From NCBI GenBank assembly GCA_963796105.1, contig CAWCKJ010000003.1, positions 672,001 through 736,000 on the forward strand: a stretch of 64,000 nucleotides of DNA, read 5' to 3'. Source of the stretch: a candidate division FCPU426 bacterium. GTDB lineage: Bacteria; Oederibacteriota; Muellerivitia; Muellerivitales; Muellerivitaceae. The notes under the pieces were generated by a model, which worked only from the letters and a program-made list of their open reading frames with translations, made no database searches and was not told the DNA's origin. Both the position numbers and the translations under genes were made by a program. Position 1 is the first letter of the stretch. Each line of letters begins with the position of its first letter. Shown one piece after another: positions 42,139 to 52,868 of this stretch.

Positions 42139-45100
42139 TTACCTGATGAAAATAATCCTCTTGGTTTTCCGGTCCATGGGTTCCACCAGATAGAATAGGT
42201 AAACCCCGCTCGCGCAGGTATCCCCATACTTGTTGGACCCGTCCCAGAAGAAGCTGCCTTGGAACGGCGCTTCCAGGTACCGGCTGTCCAATGTCTTGAT
42301 GTGCTCCCCCGCCGAGTTGTAAACGGTTAATTGGAAGGGCCCGGGATATTGGCTCGTCCCCACGAAGATGGATACCGGCTCTCCCCCTCCCTTGAACACG
42401 TTCTTCGTCACAGTGAAGTAATCCACCGTCGGAGTCCATGTCGGGATCTGGGTCATCGAGGAAGTCTCCGTGGGTGTGAAGGTCACCGTGGGCGTTAAGG
42501 TCCATATGGGTGTGTTGGTTTTCGTCGGCGTCGGGGTGCGAGTGGAAGTCGGAGTCCGGCTAAAGGTGGGAGTGGACGTTGAGGTTCGGGTATTGGTCAA
42601 GGTCGGGGTTGAAGTGTATGTCCGGGTGAAGGTCGGGGTGCGGGTATTCGTGGGGGTATTGGTGGCAGTGGGCGTGTTGGTCGAAGTCCTGGTATTCGTA
42701 GCGGTATAGGTGTTCGTCGGGGTGTAGCTAGGCGTGGGTGTCTTGGTATTCGTGGGGGTAAAGGAGGTGGTAGGGGTGTTGGTCGAAGTCCTGGTATTCG
42801 TAGCGGTATAGGTGTTCGTCGGGCTGTAGCTAGGCGTCGGAGTGTAGGTATTCGTGGAGGTAAAGGTGGGGGTAGGGGTGTTGGTGGTTGTAAAAGTGTT
42901 GGTGGGGGTAGTTGTATTGGTCGGGGTATTCGTGTTGGTGGGCGTGTTGGTGGACGTGGGGGTGTTGGTCGGCGTGTGTGTTGGGGTCAAAGTAGGGGTA
43001 TTCGTGGGCGTATTGGTGTTAGTCGGGGTATTGGTATTGGTCGGGGTATTCGTGACTGTATAGGTGTTGGTGGGAGTTGAGGTATTGGTAGCGGTATTTG
43101 TATTGGTGGGAGTATTGGTGTCCGTCGGCGTATTAGTGTTAGTTGTAGTGTTGGTCGCGGTATAGGTGTTAGTCGATGTATTGGTATTGGTCGGTGTGGC
43201 GGTATCAGTCGGAGTGTTCGTATTCGTCGGGGTGTAAGTGGCGGTATTGCTGTTAGTCGGCGTATTCGTGAAGGTCTGAGTGTTGGTATTGGTAGGTGTA
43301 TTGCTGTTTGTGGGTGTGTAGGTCGGTGTCGGAGTAAGCGTGCTGGTCGGCGTATTCGTGGGGGTATATGTATTTGTGGGTGTGGAAGTGTTCGTCGGCG
43401 TGTAGCTGGGTGTAAATGTGAATACGGGCGTATAGGTGGAGGTATTGGTCGGAGTCGGGGTGGGAGTCAGGGTCGATGTATCCGTGGGTGTCGATGTTGG
43501 GGTGTTGGTGCTCGTGGGTGTGTTGGTCGGGGTCGGGGTGTTGGTATTGGTTGGCGTGTTCGTGGGTGTGTAAGTATTCGTCGGAGTGAAAGTGTCAGTC
43601 GATGTAAATAAGGGAGTGTAGGTCCACGTAGGGGTTTCAGTGGATGTATCGGTTGGAGTAGGAGTTGGCGTCTGGGTGGGAGTGGACGTGTAAGTAGGTG
43701 TCGGAGTGGTTGTGGGGGTATTAGTCGAGGTATTGGTCGGGGTCGAAGTGGGTGTGGCTGTCGGCGTGGGAGTAGGTGTCGTGGTTGGAGTATTGGTGGA
43801 CGTCGGTGAAGGAGTACGCGTCGGAGTGACAGTAAAGGTGTTCGTGGGAGATGTCGTCCCGGTTGGGGTATCAGTAGGAGTGGACGTAACCGTGGGCGTG
43901 GAAGTTGGAGTCGGAGTAGAGGTGGTGGTTGGAGTCAAAGTCGGGGTTTTGGTTGGGGTGGAAGTGGGTGTAGAAGTAGGGGTGGGGGTGGAGGTAGTCG
44001 TGGGAGTAGGAGTTGGTGTGGGTGTTGGAGTCCTAGTCGGGGTGGAAGTCGGCGTCGGCGTGGGGGTCGTGGTAGGCGTTGGCGTCGGCGTATTGGTGGG
44101 TGTAGAAGTCGGGGTATTCGTAGGGGTGGGAGTGGGCGTCACCGTCGGGGTGGGAGTAGGTGTAGGGGTCGGGGTCTTGGTCGGGGTGATGGTAGGGGTA
44201 TTCGTGGGCGACTGGGTCCCTGTGGGCGTATTGGTCGGAGTCGGGGTGATGGTTGGCGTGTGGGTGGGGGTTGGAGTCGGAGTGGTGGTGGGTGTAGGTG
44301 TATTCGTGGCAGTAGGAGTGGGGGTGGGAGTCCTCGTGGGAGTCGGGGTTGGGGTTGTTGTGGGGGTGGGGGTCGGGGTATTGGTGGGCGTTCTTGTGGG
44401 GGTATTGGTCGGAGTCGGGGTGGGTGTCGCGGTGGGTGTTGGAGTAGGCGTATTGGTAGGTGTAGGCGTAGGGGTATTGGTGGGTGTGGAAGTCGGAGTC
44501 GTGCTCGGGGTGGGTGTAGGTGTTTTCGTCGGGGTGGGTGTTGGGGTATTAGTTGGGGTCGGCGTTGGAGTGGTGGTGGGTGTCGGCGTCGGTGTATTAG
44601 TAGGGGTAGGCGTCGGAGTCCTTGTTGGAGTAGGCGTCGGCGTGGTGGTGGGAGTGGGCGTGGGCGTATTAGTCGGTGTGGGGGTCGGTGTATTCGTCGG
44701 AGTTGGCGTAGGAGTTGTTGTCGGGGTCGGGGAAGGGGTTGGGGTTGGCGTCCGAGTCGGGGTATTAGTAGGTGTCGGTGTGGGCGTAATCGTGGGTGTA
44801 TTGGTGGGAGTCGGGGTCGGAGTCTTGGTTGGGGTAATAGTAGGCGTATTCGTGGGCGACTGAGTCCCGGTTGGGGTATTCGTGGGCGTCGGGGTGATAG
44901 TTGGCGTGTGGGTGGGTGTAGGGGTGGGAGTGGTTGTAGGAGTAGGAGTCGGAGTAGGGGTGGGCGTTCTTGTTGGTGTATTGGTAGGAGTAGGTGTCGG
45001 AGTGGTTGTCGGTGTTGGAGTCGGGGTGTTAGTAGGGGTAGGTGTGGGAGTTCTCGTCGGGGTAGGCGTTGGGGTTGTCGTAGGGGTGGGAGTCGGCGTA

Positions 45101-47385
45101 TTCGTGGGTGTATTGGTGGGTGTTAGAGTAGGAGTATTCGTCGGGGTTCGGGTCGGGGTTGGAGTAGGCGTGTTGGTAGGTGTCGGAGTGGGGGTATTCG
45201 TGGGCGTCGGGGTGGGAGTGGTGGTCGGCGTCGGAGTAGGTGTCCTTGTCGGGGTCGGTGTGAGGGTATTGGTGGGGGTTGGAGTAGGCGTTGTCGTCGG
45301 GGTAGGAGTCGGGGTGTTGGTAGGCGTGGGAGTAGGAGTCCTGGTTGGGGTTGGGGTCGTTGTGGGTGTAGGAGTAGGCGTATTGGTAGGGGTCGGACTG
45401 GGGGTAGGTGTGGGTGTGGGGGTAGGTGTTCTGGTCGGTGTGGGAGTTGGGGTTACGGTCGGGGTGGGGGTAGGAGTGTTAGTGGGAGTCGGAGTAGGAG
45501 TATTGGTTGGAGTGGGTGTTGGGGTCCTGGTCGGGGTTGGAGTGGGTGAGGGTGTCGGGGTAGGAGTCGGTGTGTTGGTGGGGGTAGGCGTCGGAGTCCT
45601 GGTTGGAGTAGGGGTTGGCGAAGCCGTGGGAGTCGGAGTAGGGGAAGTTGTGGGAGTCGGAGTAGGAGTATTGGTTGGAGTGGGTGTTGGGGTCCTGGTC
45701 GGGGTTGGAGTGGGTGAGGGTGTCGGGGTAGGAGTCGGTGTGTTGGTGGGGGTAGGCGTCGGAGTCCTAGTCGGAGTTGGGGTTGGCGAAACCGTAGGAG
45801 TCGGAGTGGGGGAGGTTGTGGGGGTCGGAGTAGGAGTCGGAGTCCTGGTCGGGGTTGGAGTTGGCGATACCGTGGGCGTGGGGGTGGGGGTATTGGTCGG
45901 GGTCGGAGTGGGACTCCTCGTGGGGGTGGGGGTAGGTGTATTCGTAAAAGTATAAGTGTAAGTAGGAGTGTACGTGAAAGTGTAGGTGTTGGTATGGGTG
46001 AAAGTGGGCGTAACAGCCGGGGTCGGGGTGTAGGTATAAGTGTAGGTGGGGGTGGGAGTATAGGTATAGGTGTAGGTGTTGGTATGGGTAAAGGTGGGTG
46101 TGATGGCGATGGTCGGCGTATAGGTATAGGTGTGGGTGGGGGTCGGGGTCGAAGTGAAGGTATAAGTGTAGGTGTAGGTATAAGTGTAAGTATGGGTAAA
46201 GGTGGGGGTTAGCGCCGGGGTGGGGGTATAGGTAAATGTCGGGGTATAGGTAAAAGTATGAGTATAAGTCGGCGTGTTGGACCAGGTAAAGGTCGGGGTC
46301 CAGCAAGGGATGTTGAAAGTAACCGTGTTGGAGGTTTTTCCCTCGATGGAAAAGTTATTGGTAGCAGTCGTGCATTGGTTGTTCACCATGCCGTTGTTGT
46401 CCGTCGCGTATTCCTGGAAGGTGACACAGGAATTTCCGGCAATTCCTTCCGGCCAGATGACGGTAAGCTGGCTTCCTCCCAATCCGTTGACATAGGGCTC
46501 GGTGGCGATGTAATTCCCGTTTTGTACCGAAACACCACCCATATCCAGAGTTTGTCCCTGCCAATAGCTCTGGCTGATCGTGTCCGTCATGGTGACGGCG
46601 CCAGTCTGGGGACCACCGGTGTTGCAGACCGTCAGGCAGAACTCATAGGTGATGTTGTTTCCGGATTCATTGGGTCCGCCGCAGACGGCTTTCCCGACCG
46701 TGAAGGCGGGCGGCCCCAGGGTCGTCGAGGAGGCCGGAATCGCCACAGCTTGCGAGAAAAACAAAGCCCCATTACAGTTGCTGGTGCTGTAGTCCCCGTT
46801 AGCGTCCGTGGATACATAAGGGACCCTCGCGCCGCTCACGGGGTTCCAAAGGCTCTGGCCCCAGCAGCATTCGGAAGAAGTGGCGCTGACCTGGGACGCG
46901 CTGCCCCATCCGCTGGTGCTGTAGTCGGTCGCGTACCAGTTGGTGGCGGGGGGAGTCGTGGGATTCCCCGAACTGATGTAATCCATCTTGAGGCCGCCGC
47001 TTCCGCTGGTGATCTCGGAGTGCTGGCCGTTGGAGCAGGTGATGTCCAGGTCCCAGGAGGAGTAAAGGTTATTGCAGGCGGTGTTTTGGGTATAAACGCT
47101 GAGATAAACTTGGGAGCCGGTTAAGAGGGACGTGGGAACGGTGATGCAGCCCGGGGGACAACTGCCGCTGCCGTCCCAGTTGCAATAATTGATCTGTCCC
47201 AGGTAAACGCCGCCCACATAGACCTGGGACCAGTCGTCGCTGGATACGCAAATCTTGGCGGAACTAGGCGTGCATTGGGACCAGGATTGGAGCGGAAGAC
47301 CCAAGAGAAGCAAAAATCCAAAAACTTTTAAACTCCGGATCATCCAAAAGGATGGTTGGAAACTTCTTAATGCGCGATGATTCAT
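42139..47385 (-). CDS. Large secreted protein: Cys-rich head, DUF11-like domain, ~1300-aa Thr/Pro stalk, FlgD/CTD-like C-terminus
   Basis: Signal peptide; [13 protein letters not shown]...[12 protein letters not shown] repeats; [10 protein letters not shown]...[16 protein letters not shown]. Confidence 0.8.
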   Translation of the reverse strand: MNHRALRSFQPSFWMIRSLKVFGFLLLLGLPLQSWSQCTPSSAKICVSSDDWSQVYVGGVYLGQINYCNWDGSGSCPPGCITVPTSLLTGSQVYLSVYTQNTACNNLYSSWDLDITCSNGQHSEITSGSGGLKMDYISSGNPTTPPATNWYATDYSTSGWGSASQVSATSSECCWGQSLWNPVSGARVPYVSTDANGDYSTSNCNGALFFSQAVAIPASSTTLGPPAFTVGKAVCGGPNESGNNITYEFCLTVCNTGGPQTGAVTMTDTISQSYWQGQTLDMGGVSVQNGNYIATEPYVNGLGGSQLTVIWPEGIAGNSCVTFQEYATDNNGMVNNQCTTATNNFSIEGKTSNTVTFNIPCWTPTFTWSNTPTYTHTFTYTPTFTYTPTPALTPTFTHTYTYTYTYTYTFTSTPTPTHTYTYTPTIAITPTFTHTNTYTYTYTPTPTYTYTYTPTPAVTPTFTHTNTYTFTYTPTYTYTFTNTPTPTPTRSPTPTPTNTPTPTPTVSPTPTPTRTPTPTPTPTTSPTPTPTVSPTPTPTRTPTPTPTNTPTPTPTPSPTPTPTRTPTPTPTNTPTPTPTTSPTPTPTASPTPTPTRTPTPTPTNTPTPTPTPSPTPTPTRTPTPTPTNTPTPTPTNTPTPTPTVTPTPTPTRTPTPTPTPTPSPTPTNTPTPTPTTTPTPTRTPTPTPTNTPTPTPTTTPTPTPTNTLTPTPTRTPTPTPTTTPTPTPTNTPTPTPTNTPTPTPTRTPTNTPTLTPTNTPTNTPTPTPTTTPTPTPTRTPTPTPTNTPTPTPTTTPTPTPTNTPTRTPTPTPTPTPTTTPTPTPTHTPTITPTPTNTPTGTQSPTNTPTITPTKTPTPTPTNTPTITPTPTPTNTPTRTPTPTPSPTPTTTPTPTPTNTPTPTPTNTPTPTPTTTPTPTPTRTPTPTPTNTPTPTPTTTPTPTPTNTPTPTPTKTPTPTPSTTPTSTPTNTPTPTPTNTPTPTPTATPTPTPTNTPTRTPTNTPTPTPTTTPTPTPTRTPTPTPTATNTPTPTTTPTPTPTHTPTITPTPTNTPTGTQSPTNTPTITPTKTPTPTPTPTPTVTPTPTPTNTPTSTPTNTPTPTPTTTPTPTPTSTPTRTPTPTPTPTPTTTSTPTPTSTPTSTPTKTPTLTPTTTSTPTPTSTPTVTSTPTDTPTGTTSPTNTFTVTPTRTPSPTSTNTPTTTPTPTPTATPTSTPTNTSTNTPTTTPTPTYTSTPTQTPTPTPTDTSTETPTWTYTPLFTSTDTFTPTNTYTPTNTPTNTNTPTPTNTPTSTNTPTSTPTDTSTLTPTPTPTNTSTYTPVFTFTPSYTPTNTSTPTNTYTPTNTPTSTLTPTPTYTPTNSNTPTNTNTQTFTNTPTNSNTATYTPTNTNTPTDTATPTNTNTSTNTYTATNTTTNTNTPTDTNTPTNTNTATNTSTPTNTYTVTNTPTNTNTPTNTNTPTNTPTLTPTHTPTNTPTSTNTPTNTNTPTNTTTPTNTFTTTNTPTPTFTSTNTYTPTPSYSPTNTYTATNTRTSTNTPTTSFTPTNTKTPTPSYTPTNTYTATNTRTSTNTPTATNTPTNTRTPTFTRTYTSTPTLTNTRTSTSTPTFSRTPTSTRTPTPTKTNTPIWTLTPTVTFTPTETSSMTQIPTWTPTVDYFTVTKNVFKGGGEPVSIFVGTSQYPGPFQLTVYNSAGEHIKTLDSRYLEAPFQGSFFWDGSNKYGDTCASGVYLFYLVEPMDRKTKRIIFIR

Positions 47386-47644
47386 TTTTCGTAGTTAACC
47401 ATTTACTGAGACCCTTCAAAGCCGCAGTTTGACCAGGAATATTTTTATAATAAACATTCAAAACATAAGCATTAAAATCGTTTTAACATCAAAAGTATCT
47501 AACAAATTATCGCATAAGAAAACTGTTTTTTCGACCCGAGTTACGTTAAATCCGGCGGGAAACGAAAATCAATAGCGCCCTATCCACCTACCTGTTAAAC
47601 GAGTAATTAATCAAAAAAATGAAGATTCTCTGAATAAAAGCGGT

Positions 47645-47683
47645 TTTACTTGGATTTAACATTGAAATAAATAGAAGTCTATA
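47645..47683 (+). promoter_or_regulatory. Pho-box-like 11-bp-period repeats upstream of ppx
   Basis: TTTACT, TTAACA, ATAAAT, TCTATA starting at 47645, 47656, 47667, 47678. Confidence 0.45.
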
Positions 47684-47762
47684 AAGTCTAGTAAAACAAC
47701 TGCGCCAACGGTTTAATATGTTCTCCTCCCGTCCAACCGTTACCTTTCAAACAAGGAGATTT

Positions 47763-49274
47763 ATGCCGACCCTATGCGCGCTTGATGTGGGTTCCAACGC
47801 CATGCGCCTCGCCATCGGTTTTCTGGACCATGAAAAAAAGCTCCACGTCGTCGAGGACCTGCGGGAACCAGTCCGGCTGGGCCAGGATGTTTTCAAAAGG
47901 GGCGCCATTTCCCGCGAGAGCACCCGCAGGACCATAGAGGCGTTCAAGAGGTTCAAGGAAGTTATCGGCCAGCACCAGGTGGTCAAGACCCGGGCTGTGG
48001 CCACGAGCGCGGTCCGGGAGGCCAAAAACCGGGATGTGTTCCTGAAAAAGGTATTCCAAGCCACCGGCATCGAGCTTAAGCCCATCACCTCGGAAGAGGA
48101 AGCCCTGCTGGTTTACTTGGCGGTATCCGAGAAAATCCCCCTGGAGGGAAAAACCTCCATGCTGGTGGACATCGGCGGCGGCAGCGTGGAAGTCACCCTG
48201 GCCCGGGACGGAAAGATTCTCCTCTCGGAAAGCTTCCAGATGGGGGCCGTGCGCCTCCTGCAGGTTCTCGACAAGAGCAAGTACGGCGAGAAGGACTTCA
48301 ACCGGATGGTCCAGGAATACGTGGACGCGGCCCGGAACCGTTTCAACCAAAAGCTCGCCGGGCAGAAGGTGGATGTCTGCGTGGGAACCGGGGGAAACCT
48401 GGATACCCTATTGTTTTTGAAAGAGCGTTTTTGGCGTGTCAAGGACCCTTCCTATATTACGCGCCCGGAGCTTAATTCCCTCCTGGCCCGCCTGCGCAAG
48501 CTCTCCTATGACGAACGAGTCACCAAACTGGGTCTGCGCCCCGACAGGGCGGACGTCATTCTGCCCGCCATGATGGTCCTTCAAAAAATCATGGAAGTCG
48601 GCCGCATCTCCCGCATTCACATCCCGAATGTCGGCGTCAAGGAAGGCCTGTTGATTGACATGGTCTCGGAGCTCCTGACCGGCCGGCCGGCCCAGCGTCG
48701 GGACGAGGTCTTAGCCACTGTCCGGCAGGCCGGCTTGAAATACTCCTTTGACCAGGCCCATGCGGAAACAGTTACGAAGCTCTCCCTGGAACTTTTCGAC
48801 CGGACGCGCCAACTGCACCGCTTGGGGGAGGATAACCGGCTTCTCCTTGAAGTGGCCGCCCAGCTCCACGATATCGGCCAGTTCATCAGCTACGGCTCCC
48901 ATCACAAACATTCCTATTATTTGATAAAAGCCTCCCAGTTGATGGGGCTTACCCCCGGCCAAGTCGAGCTTGTCGCCAACATCGCGCGTTATCACCGCAA
49001 GGCGCTCCCCAAGGCCACTCACGAGAATTACCGGCTTCTCCCGGCCCGGGAAAGGCTTATGGTCTCAAAACTCGCCGCCATCCTGCGCGTCGCGGACGCA
49101 ATGGACCACGATCACGCCTCCAAAGTCCAGCATTTCGCGGTCCAATACAAAAAACCCCATTTTTCTCTGAAAATGATGGGACAAGGGGATATGCTCTTGG
49201 AGCGCTGGGCGCTCCTGAAAAAATGCGATTTATTCGAGAAGGTATTCAAGGTTAAATTTTCAGTCAAAAGTTGA
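47763..49274 (+). CDS. ppx: Ppx/GppA family exopolyphosphatase with HD domain
   Basis: LDVGSNAMRL, ATSAVREA, DIGGGSVE, RADVI, LHDIG, HHKHSYY, ARYHRK; AAGGAG RBS. Confidence 0.9.
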   Translation: MPTLCALDVGSNAMRLAIGFLDHEKKLHVVEDLREPVRLGQDVFKRGAISRESTRRTIEAFKRFKEVIGQHQVVKTRAVATSAVREAKNRDVFLKKVFQATGIELKPITSEEEALLVYLAVSEKIPLEGKTSMLVDIGGGSVEVTLARDGKILLSESFQMGAVRLLQVLDKSKYGEKDFNRMVQEYVDAARNRFNQKLAGQKVDVCVGTGGNLDTLLFLKERFWRVKDPSYITRPELNSLLARLRKLSYDERVTKLGLRPDRADVILPAMMVLQKIMEVGRISRIHIPNVGVKEGLLIDMVSELLTGRPAQRRDEVLATVRQAGLKYSFDQAHAETVTKLSLELFDRTRQLHRLGEDNRLLLEVAAQLHDIGQFISYGSHHKHSYYLIKASQLMGLTPGQVELVANIARYHRKALPKATHENYRLLPARERLMVSKLAAILRVADAMDHDHASKVQHFAVQYKKPHFSLKMMGQGDMLLERWALLKKCDLFEKVFKVKFSVKS

Positions 49275-49318
49275 GGGGATAACCCCCTTTTGGCCCTGAT
49301 CATCAAGGAGACAATTTT

Positions 49319-50014
49319 ATGGCCCGTACTAAACCCAAGGAAATCGAGGGAAAACTCATCGCGGTGGAGGGGCTGGACGGTTCCGGCAAATCCACCCAAA
49401 TCCGCCTCCTCAAACGCTGGCTGGAGCTGGAAGGCTACAAGGTTTTCTTTACCGAGTGGAACTCCTCCGAGCTGGTCAAGAAAGCCACCAGGAAGGGTAA
49501 GAAGAAAAAGCTCCTCACTCCCACCACATTCTCACTCATTCATGCCACGGATTTCGCCGACCGTTACGAACGGCAGATTCTTCCCCTCCTGAAAGGGGGT
49601 TATCTCGTCCTCGCGGACCGCTACTGCTACACGGCCTTCGCCCGCGACGCGGTCCGGGGCTGTGACAGGGACTGGCTAAGGAAGCTTTACCGTTTCGCGC
49701 GCAAACCCGACATCACCTTTTTCTTTCAGCTTCCCCTGGAGGTGGCCCTGGGGCGAATCCTGGAGGGCCGCCCCATGCTGAAGTACCACGAGGCCGGGAT
49801 GGACATGGGCTTTTCCCAGGACCCCTACGAGTCCTTTAGGATTTTCCAGGGCAAGATTTACGAGGAATACGGCCGCATCGGCAAGGAATTTCCATTCGAG
49901 AACGTGGATGCCACCGTTCCCATGGAAAGCCAGCAGGCTTTCATGCGGGATATCGTCCGGAAGCGCATCGACCTCAAGAAATTTAAATTCAAGGCAGTGG
50001 GGGTGAAATCATGA
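49319..50014 (+). CDS. Thymidylate-kinase-fold protein A (candidate polyphosphate kinase subunit)
   Basis: EGLDGSGKST P-loop, ATDFADR, LADRY, Lys-rich RKGKKKK, YHEAGMD. Confidence 0.75.
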   Translation: MARTKPKEIEGKLIAVEGLDGSGKSTQIRLLKRWLELEGYKVFFTEWNSSELVKKATRKGKKKKLLTPTTFSLIHATDFADRYERQILPLLKGGYLVLADRYCYTAFARDAVRGCDRDWLRKLYRFARKPDITFFFQLPLEVALGRILEGRPMLKYHEAGMDMGFSQDPYESFRIFQGKIYEEYGRIGKEFPFENVDATVPMESQQAFMRDIVRKRIDLKKFKFKAVGVKS

Positions 50015-50865
50015 AGCCAAAACGCTTTTATGGGAAAGGCCTTCCCAACGTCGATCCTACCCTTCTTAAGGGGACATTAATCATCATCGAGGGCTCCGAT
50101 GGCGCCGGCCGTTCCACCCAGATCGGCTTCCTCCAGAATTGGCTGGAGCGCAGGGGCGTTCCCGTCGTTATGGTGGGGTTGAAACGCTCCGAGCTGGTGG
50201 GCGAGGCCTTGGCCGAGGCCATGCAGGGTAATACTCTCAACGCCATCACCTTGAACCTCTTTTATGCCACCGATTTCGCCGACCAGTTGGAACGGGTGAT
50301 CGTGCCGGCCTTGAAAGCCGGCTTCCTGGTCCTGGCCGACCGCTATATCTACACCCTCATGGCCCGGGATATCGTCAGGGGTTCCTCCATGGAATGGCTC
50401 AGGGAGATTTACGGTTTCGCGGTGGTCCCGGACGCGGTCTTCTACCTGAACGTGAGCCCCAAAATCCTTGCTGAGAGGAATTTCAGCAAACGGGGGTTCC
50501 TGGACTATTGGGAATCAGGGATGGATATCCAGCGGGTTGGCGGCATGTACGACAACTTCGTCAAATACCAGGGAAGGCTTCACAAGGTATTCCAGAATTT
50601 CCAGAGGGAATACGGCTTTTACACCATTCAGGGAAGCAGGTCCATGGTTTCCATCGCGAGGGAAATCCGGGGCCGGGTTGAGAAGATTTTGTTGGCCAAG
50701 GACCTGGCGGAGAAACCGGTTCCCCAAGCCAAGGAATTAACCCCTAATCCTGTTGAAAAAACCGAAAAAACGCCTGAAAAGACCCTGGAAAAAACCGTGG
50801 AGAAACCAGCGGCCAAAATTCACGAAACCCCGGTCGAAAAAGTCCACGTTCCGGATAAACAATAA
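50011..50865 (+). CDS. Thymidylate-kinase-fold protein B (candidate polyphosphate kinase subunit)
   Basis: EGSDGAGRST (Arg in place of the Walker A Lys), ATDFADQ, LADRY, YWESGMD; ATGA overlap with the previous gene. Confidence 0.75.
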   Translation: MKPKRFYGKGLPNVDPTLLKGTLIIIEGSDGAGRSTQIGFLQNWLERRGVPVVMVGLKRSELVGEALAEAMQGNTLNAITLNLFYATDFADQLERVIVPALKAGFLVLADRYIYTLMARDIVRGSSMEWLREIYGFAVVPDAVFYLNVSPKILAERNFSKRGFLDYWESGMDIQRVGGMYDNFVKYQGRLHKVFQNFQREYGFYTIQGSRSMVSIAREIRGRVEKILLAKDLAEKPVPQAKELTPNPVEKTEKTPEKTLEKTVEKPAAKIHETPVEKVHVPDKQ

Positions 50866-50973
50866 ACTAAAAACTCGTGAACCAAACAACAATTTCTCAA
50901 TTCCCCGCTGTGACCCAAGGAACCATACCTCCGGCACCTTGGTGTCGAACCTGTTCAGGGTGATTACAACCCG

Positions 50974-51393
50974 TTAGGGCTTCGGTTTCTTCGAGGGTTT
51001 CGCCTTGCCTAAACTGTTGAGGACAGCCGCCTGGCGGATGAGCGCCTTGAAGGCGGACTCGTCCACTTCTTCCCCTTCGCGGATGTCGATCGCCCGGCGC
51101 GCGTTTCCGTCGAGGCTCGCGTTAAAGAGACGGGCCGGGTCCCTCAGGGACGCGCCCTTGAAGAAGGTGAGTTTCACGACTTTATGATAGGTTTCGCCGG
51201 TACAGATAATGCCGTCGCGCGAAAAAATAGGGGTGCCTCTCCACTTCCATTCCTCGACGACATCCGGAACCGCCTGCCTGATGAGCTTGCGCATCCGGCT
51301 GAGGGTTTCCCCGCGCCAGTCCCCGAGCTCGGCGATTCTTTTTGTGATAAGCTCCGATGCCGGTTGTCCTTGGCTCGTTCCTGGTTTTTTCAT
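50974..51393 (-). CDS. DUF1801 (YdhG-like) domain protein
   Basis: LGDWRGETL, EEWKW, KLTFFKGASL, LDGNARRAID. Confidence 0.85.
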   Translation of the reverse strand: MKKPGTSQGQPASELITKRIAELGDWRGETLSRMRKLIRQAVPDVVEEWKWRGTPIFSRDGIICTGETYHKVVKLTFFKGASLRDPARLFNASLDGNARRAIDIREGEEVDESAFKALIRQAAVLNSLGKAKPSKKPKP

Positions 51394-51552
51394 GTTTTTC
51401 CCCATTTCACATTAATTACTCGACTTTGGCAAATCTAGGATTGCCTCGCGTTTCCCCCTCTTAAAGAGGGGGGGATTATCACTAGCGCCATGCTTTTCGA
51501 AATTTGTCTAAGTTGAGTTAATTATTAATTTTTACGTCTGACATCTTTACCT

Positions 51553-51987
51553 TCATCGCCCGCCCGGTTCGCGCGAAACCTCAGCCGACAGGCGCTCAAG
51601 ATTCTGTTCGTTGGCTGGGACGACGATATGTTCCAGGCTCTTGGCGGCTTCCTCGCTTTCGAACTCCTGCGACCAAGTCACGGCCGTTCCCGCGGGCGAC
51701 GGGGCGAGGGTCACGGTTAGGCGGTACTTCGGATTCGAGACGTGCTGAACGACGAACTTCCTCGGCGGCTCTATTTCCGTTAACACATTCTCGTTAGGGT
51801 AATTCTTGCCGTCGGGCCCATGCATGACCAAAGACCAACGCCCGCCATTTTTGAACTCGAAAGAATTAAAAGTATTAGTGAAACCTGCCGGTCCCCACCA
51901 ACGAGCCAGGCGGTCCGGATGGTTGAAGGCGGCAAAAACTTTTTCCGGGGTGGCAGGTATTTCCCGGGACGCAATGAAGGTTTTCAT
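51553..51987 (-). CDS. SRPBCC (AHSA1-like) domain protein
   Basis: LARWWGPAGFTNTF, MHGPDGKNYPN, ANEQNLERL. Confidence 0.85.
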   Translation of the reverse strand: MKTFIASREIPATPEKVFAAFNHPDRLARWWGPAGFTNTFNSFEFKNGGRWSLVMHGPDGKNYPNENVLTEIEPPRKFVVQHVSNPKYRLTVTLAPSPAGTAVTWSQEFESEEAAKSLEHIVVPANEQNLERLSAEVSREPGGR

Positions 51988-52127
51988 CGGCTTCTCCCTT
52001 TTCCATGAATCAAATAAAGAATGCGGCACAGTCTCGATTTCTTTGGCCTAAACGCCCAAAGTGAAAGAGATAATGTTTAAAAAAGGCTTTCTGAGTCTCT
52101 GAGTCTCCGTGGTGGATATAGGTGTTT

Positions 52128-52655
52128 TTAGCGCTTCTTCTTTTCAGGTATGAACTTCACCGATACGGAATTGATGCAATACCTCAAACCTGAGGGTTTG
52201 GGTCCGTCCTCGAAAACGTGTCCCAAGTGCCCCCCGCAGCGCGGGCAATAGACCTCCACCCTGTCCATCCCGAAGGAATGGTCCGGACGGCTCGCGACAT
52301 TCTCAGGAAAAATGGGGCCGAAAAAGCTGGGCCATCCCGTTCCCGAGTCGAACTTGGTCCCCGCCGCAAAAAGCTCCAATCCACAGCCGGCGCAAACATA
52401 AATGCCCTTATCGTGGTTATCCCAATAAAGCCCGGAGCAGGCCCTTTCGGTCTCATGGCCCCTCAATACCTGGTATTCCTCTTGCGTCAAGATTTTCTTC
52501 CATTCGGCGTCGGTCTTGACGACCTTATCCCCCTTGTATTTCCCCATATAGCACTCCTTTCCTTTCGAGACGGCTTTTTCTTGCGAGAAACCAAAGGGCG
52601 ATGCCGCCAATAACGATATAAAGAAAAGAGCGATTAAACCTGTCAACTTTCCCAT
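52128..52655 (-). CDS. msrB: Methionine-R-sulfoxide reductase with signal peptide
   Basis: KFDSGTGWPSF, GHLGHVF, GLRYCINS, two CxxC motifs. Confidence 0.95.
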   Translation of the reverse strand: MGKLTGLIALFFISLLAASPFGFSQEKAVSKGKECYMGKYKGDKVVKTDAEWKKILTQEEYQVLRGHETERACSGLYWDNHDKGIYVCAGCGLELFAAGTKFDSGTGWPSFFGPIFPENVASRPDHSFGMDRVEVYCPRCGGHLGHVFEDGPKPSGLRYCINSVSVKFIPEKKKR

Positions 52656-52868
52656 GGATTCTCCCCTTCATGCGCGTCCAATGTCCTGCGGGCTTATTGA
52701 AACTTTACGTAAACCAGGCGGGCAATTCCAAGGGGAGGAAGTGAAAATAATGGATGTTTAGCGCTAAGTTTTATTGATAATCGGAACAGCGTGAAGCAGA
52801 GGTGGAATTCGAGGTATTAATAATTGGCCTTATTTTATCTCACGTACTGCCTGATTGGTTAAAACTGT

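Noticed and set aside
42470..47124. Long VGVGV and Arg/Gly-rich plus-strand ORFs
   Set aside because: Antisense shadows of the Thr/Pro stalk gene.
47505..47551. Possible dif site (CGCATAA ... TTACGTTAAAT)
   Set aside because: The two arm-like segments are more than 20 bp apart, not the 6 bp of a XerCD site.
49319..50865. Assigning the symbol tmk to the two kinases
   Set aside because: Tandem paralogues next to ppx, missing the TREPGG motif, one with an altered P-loop; function unproven.
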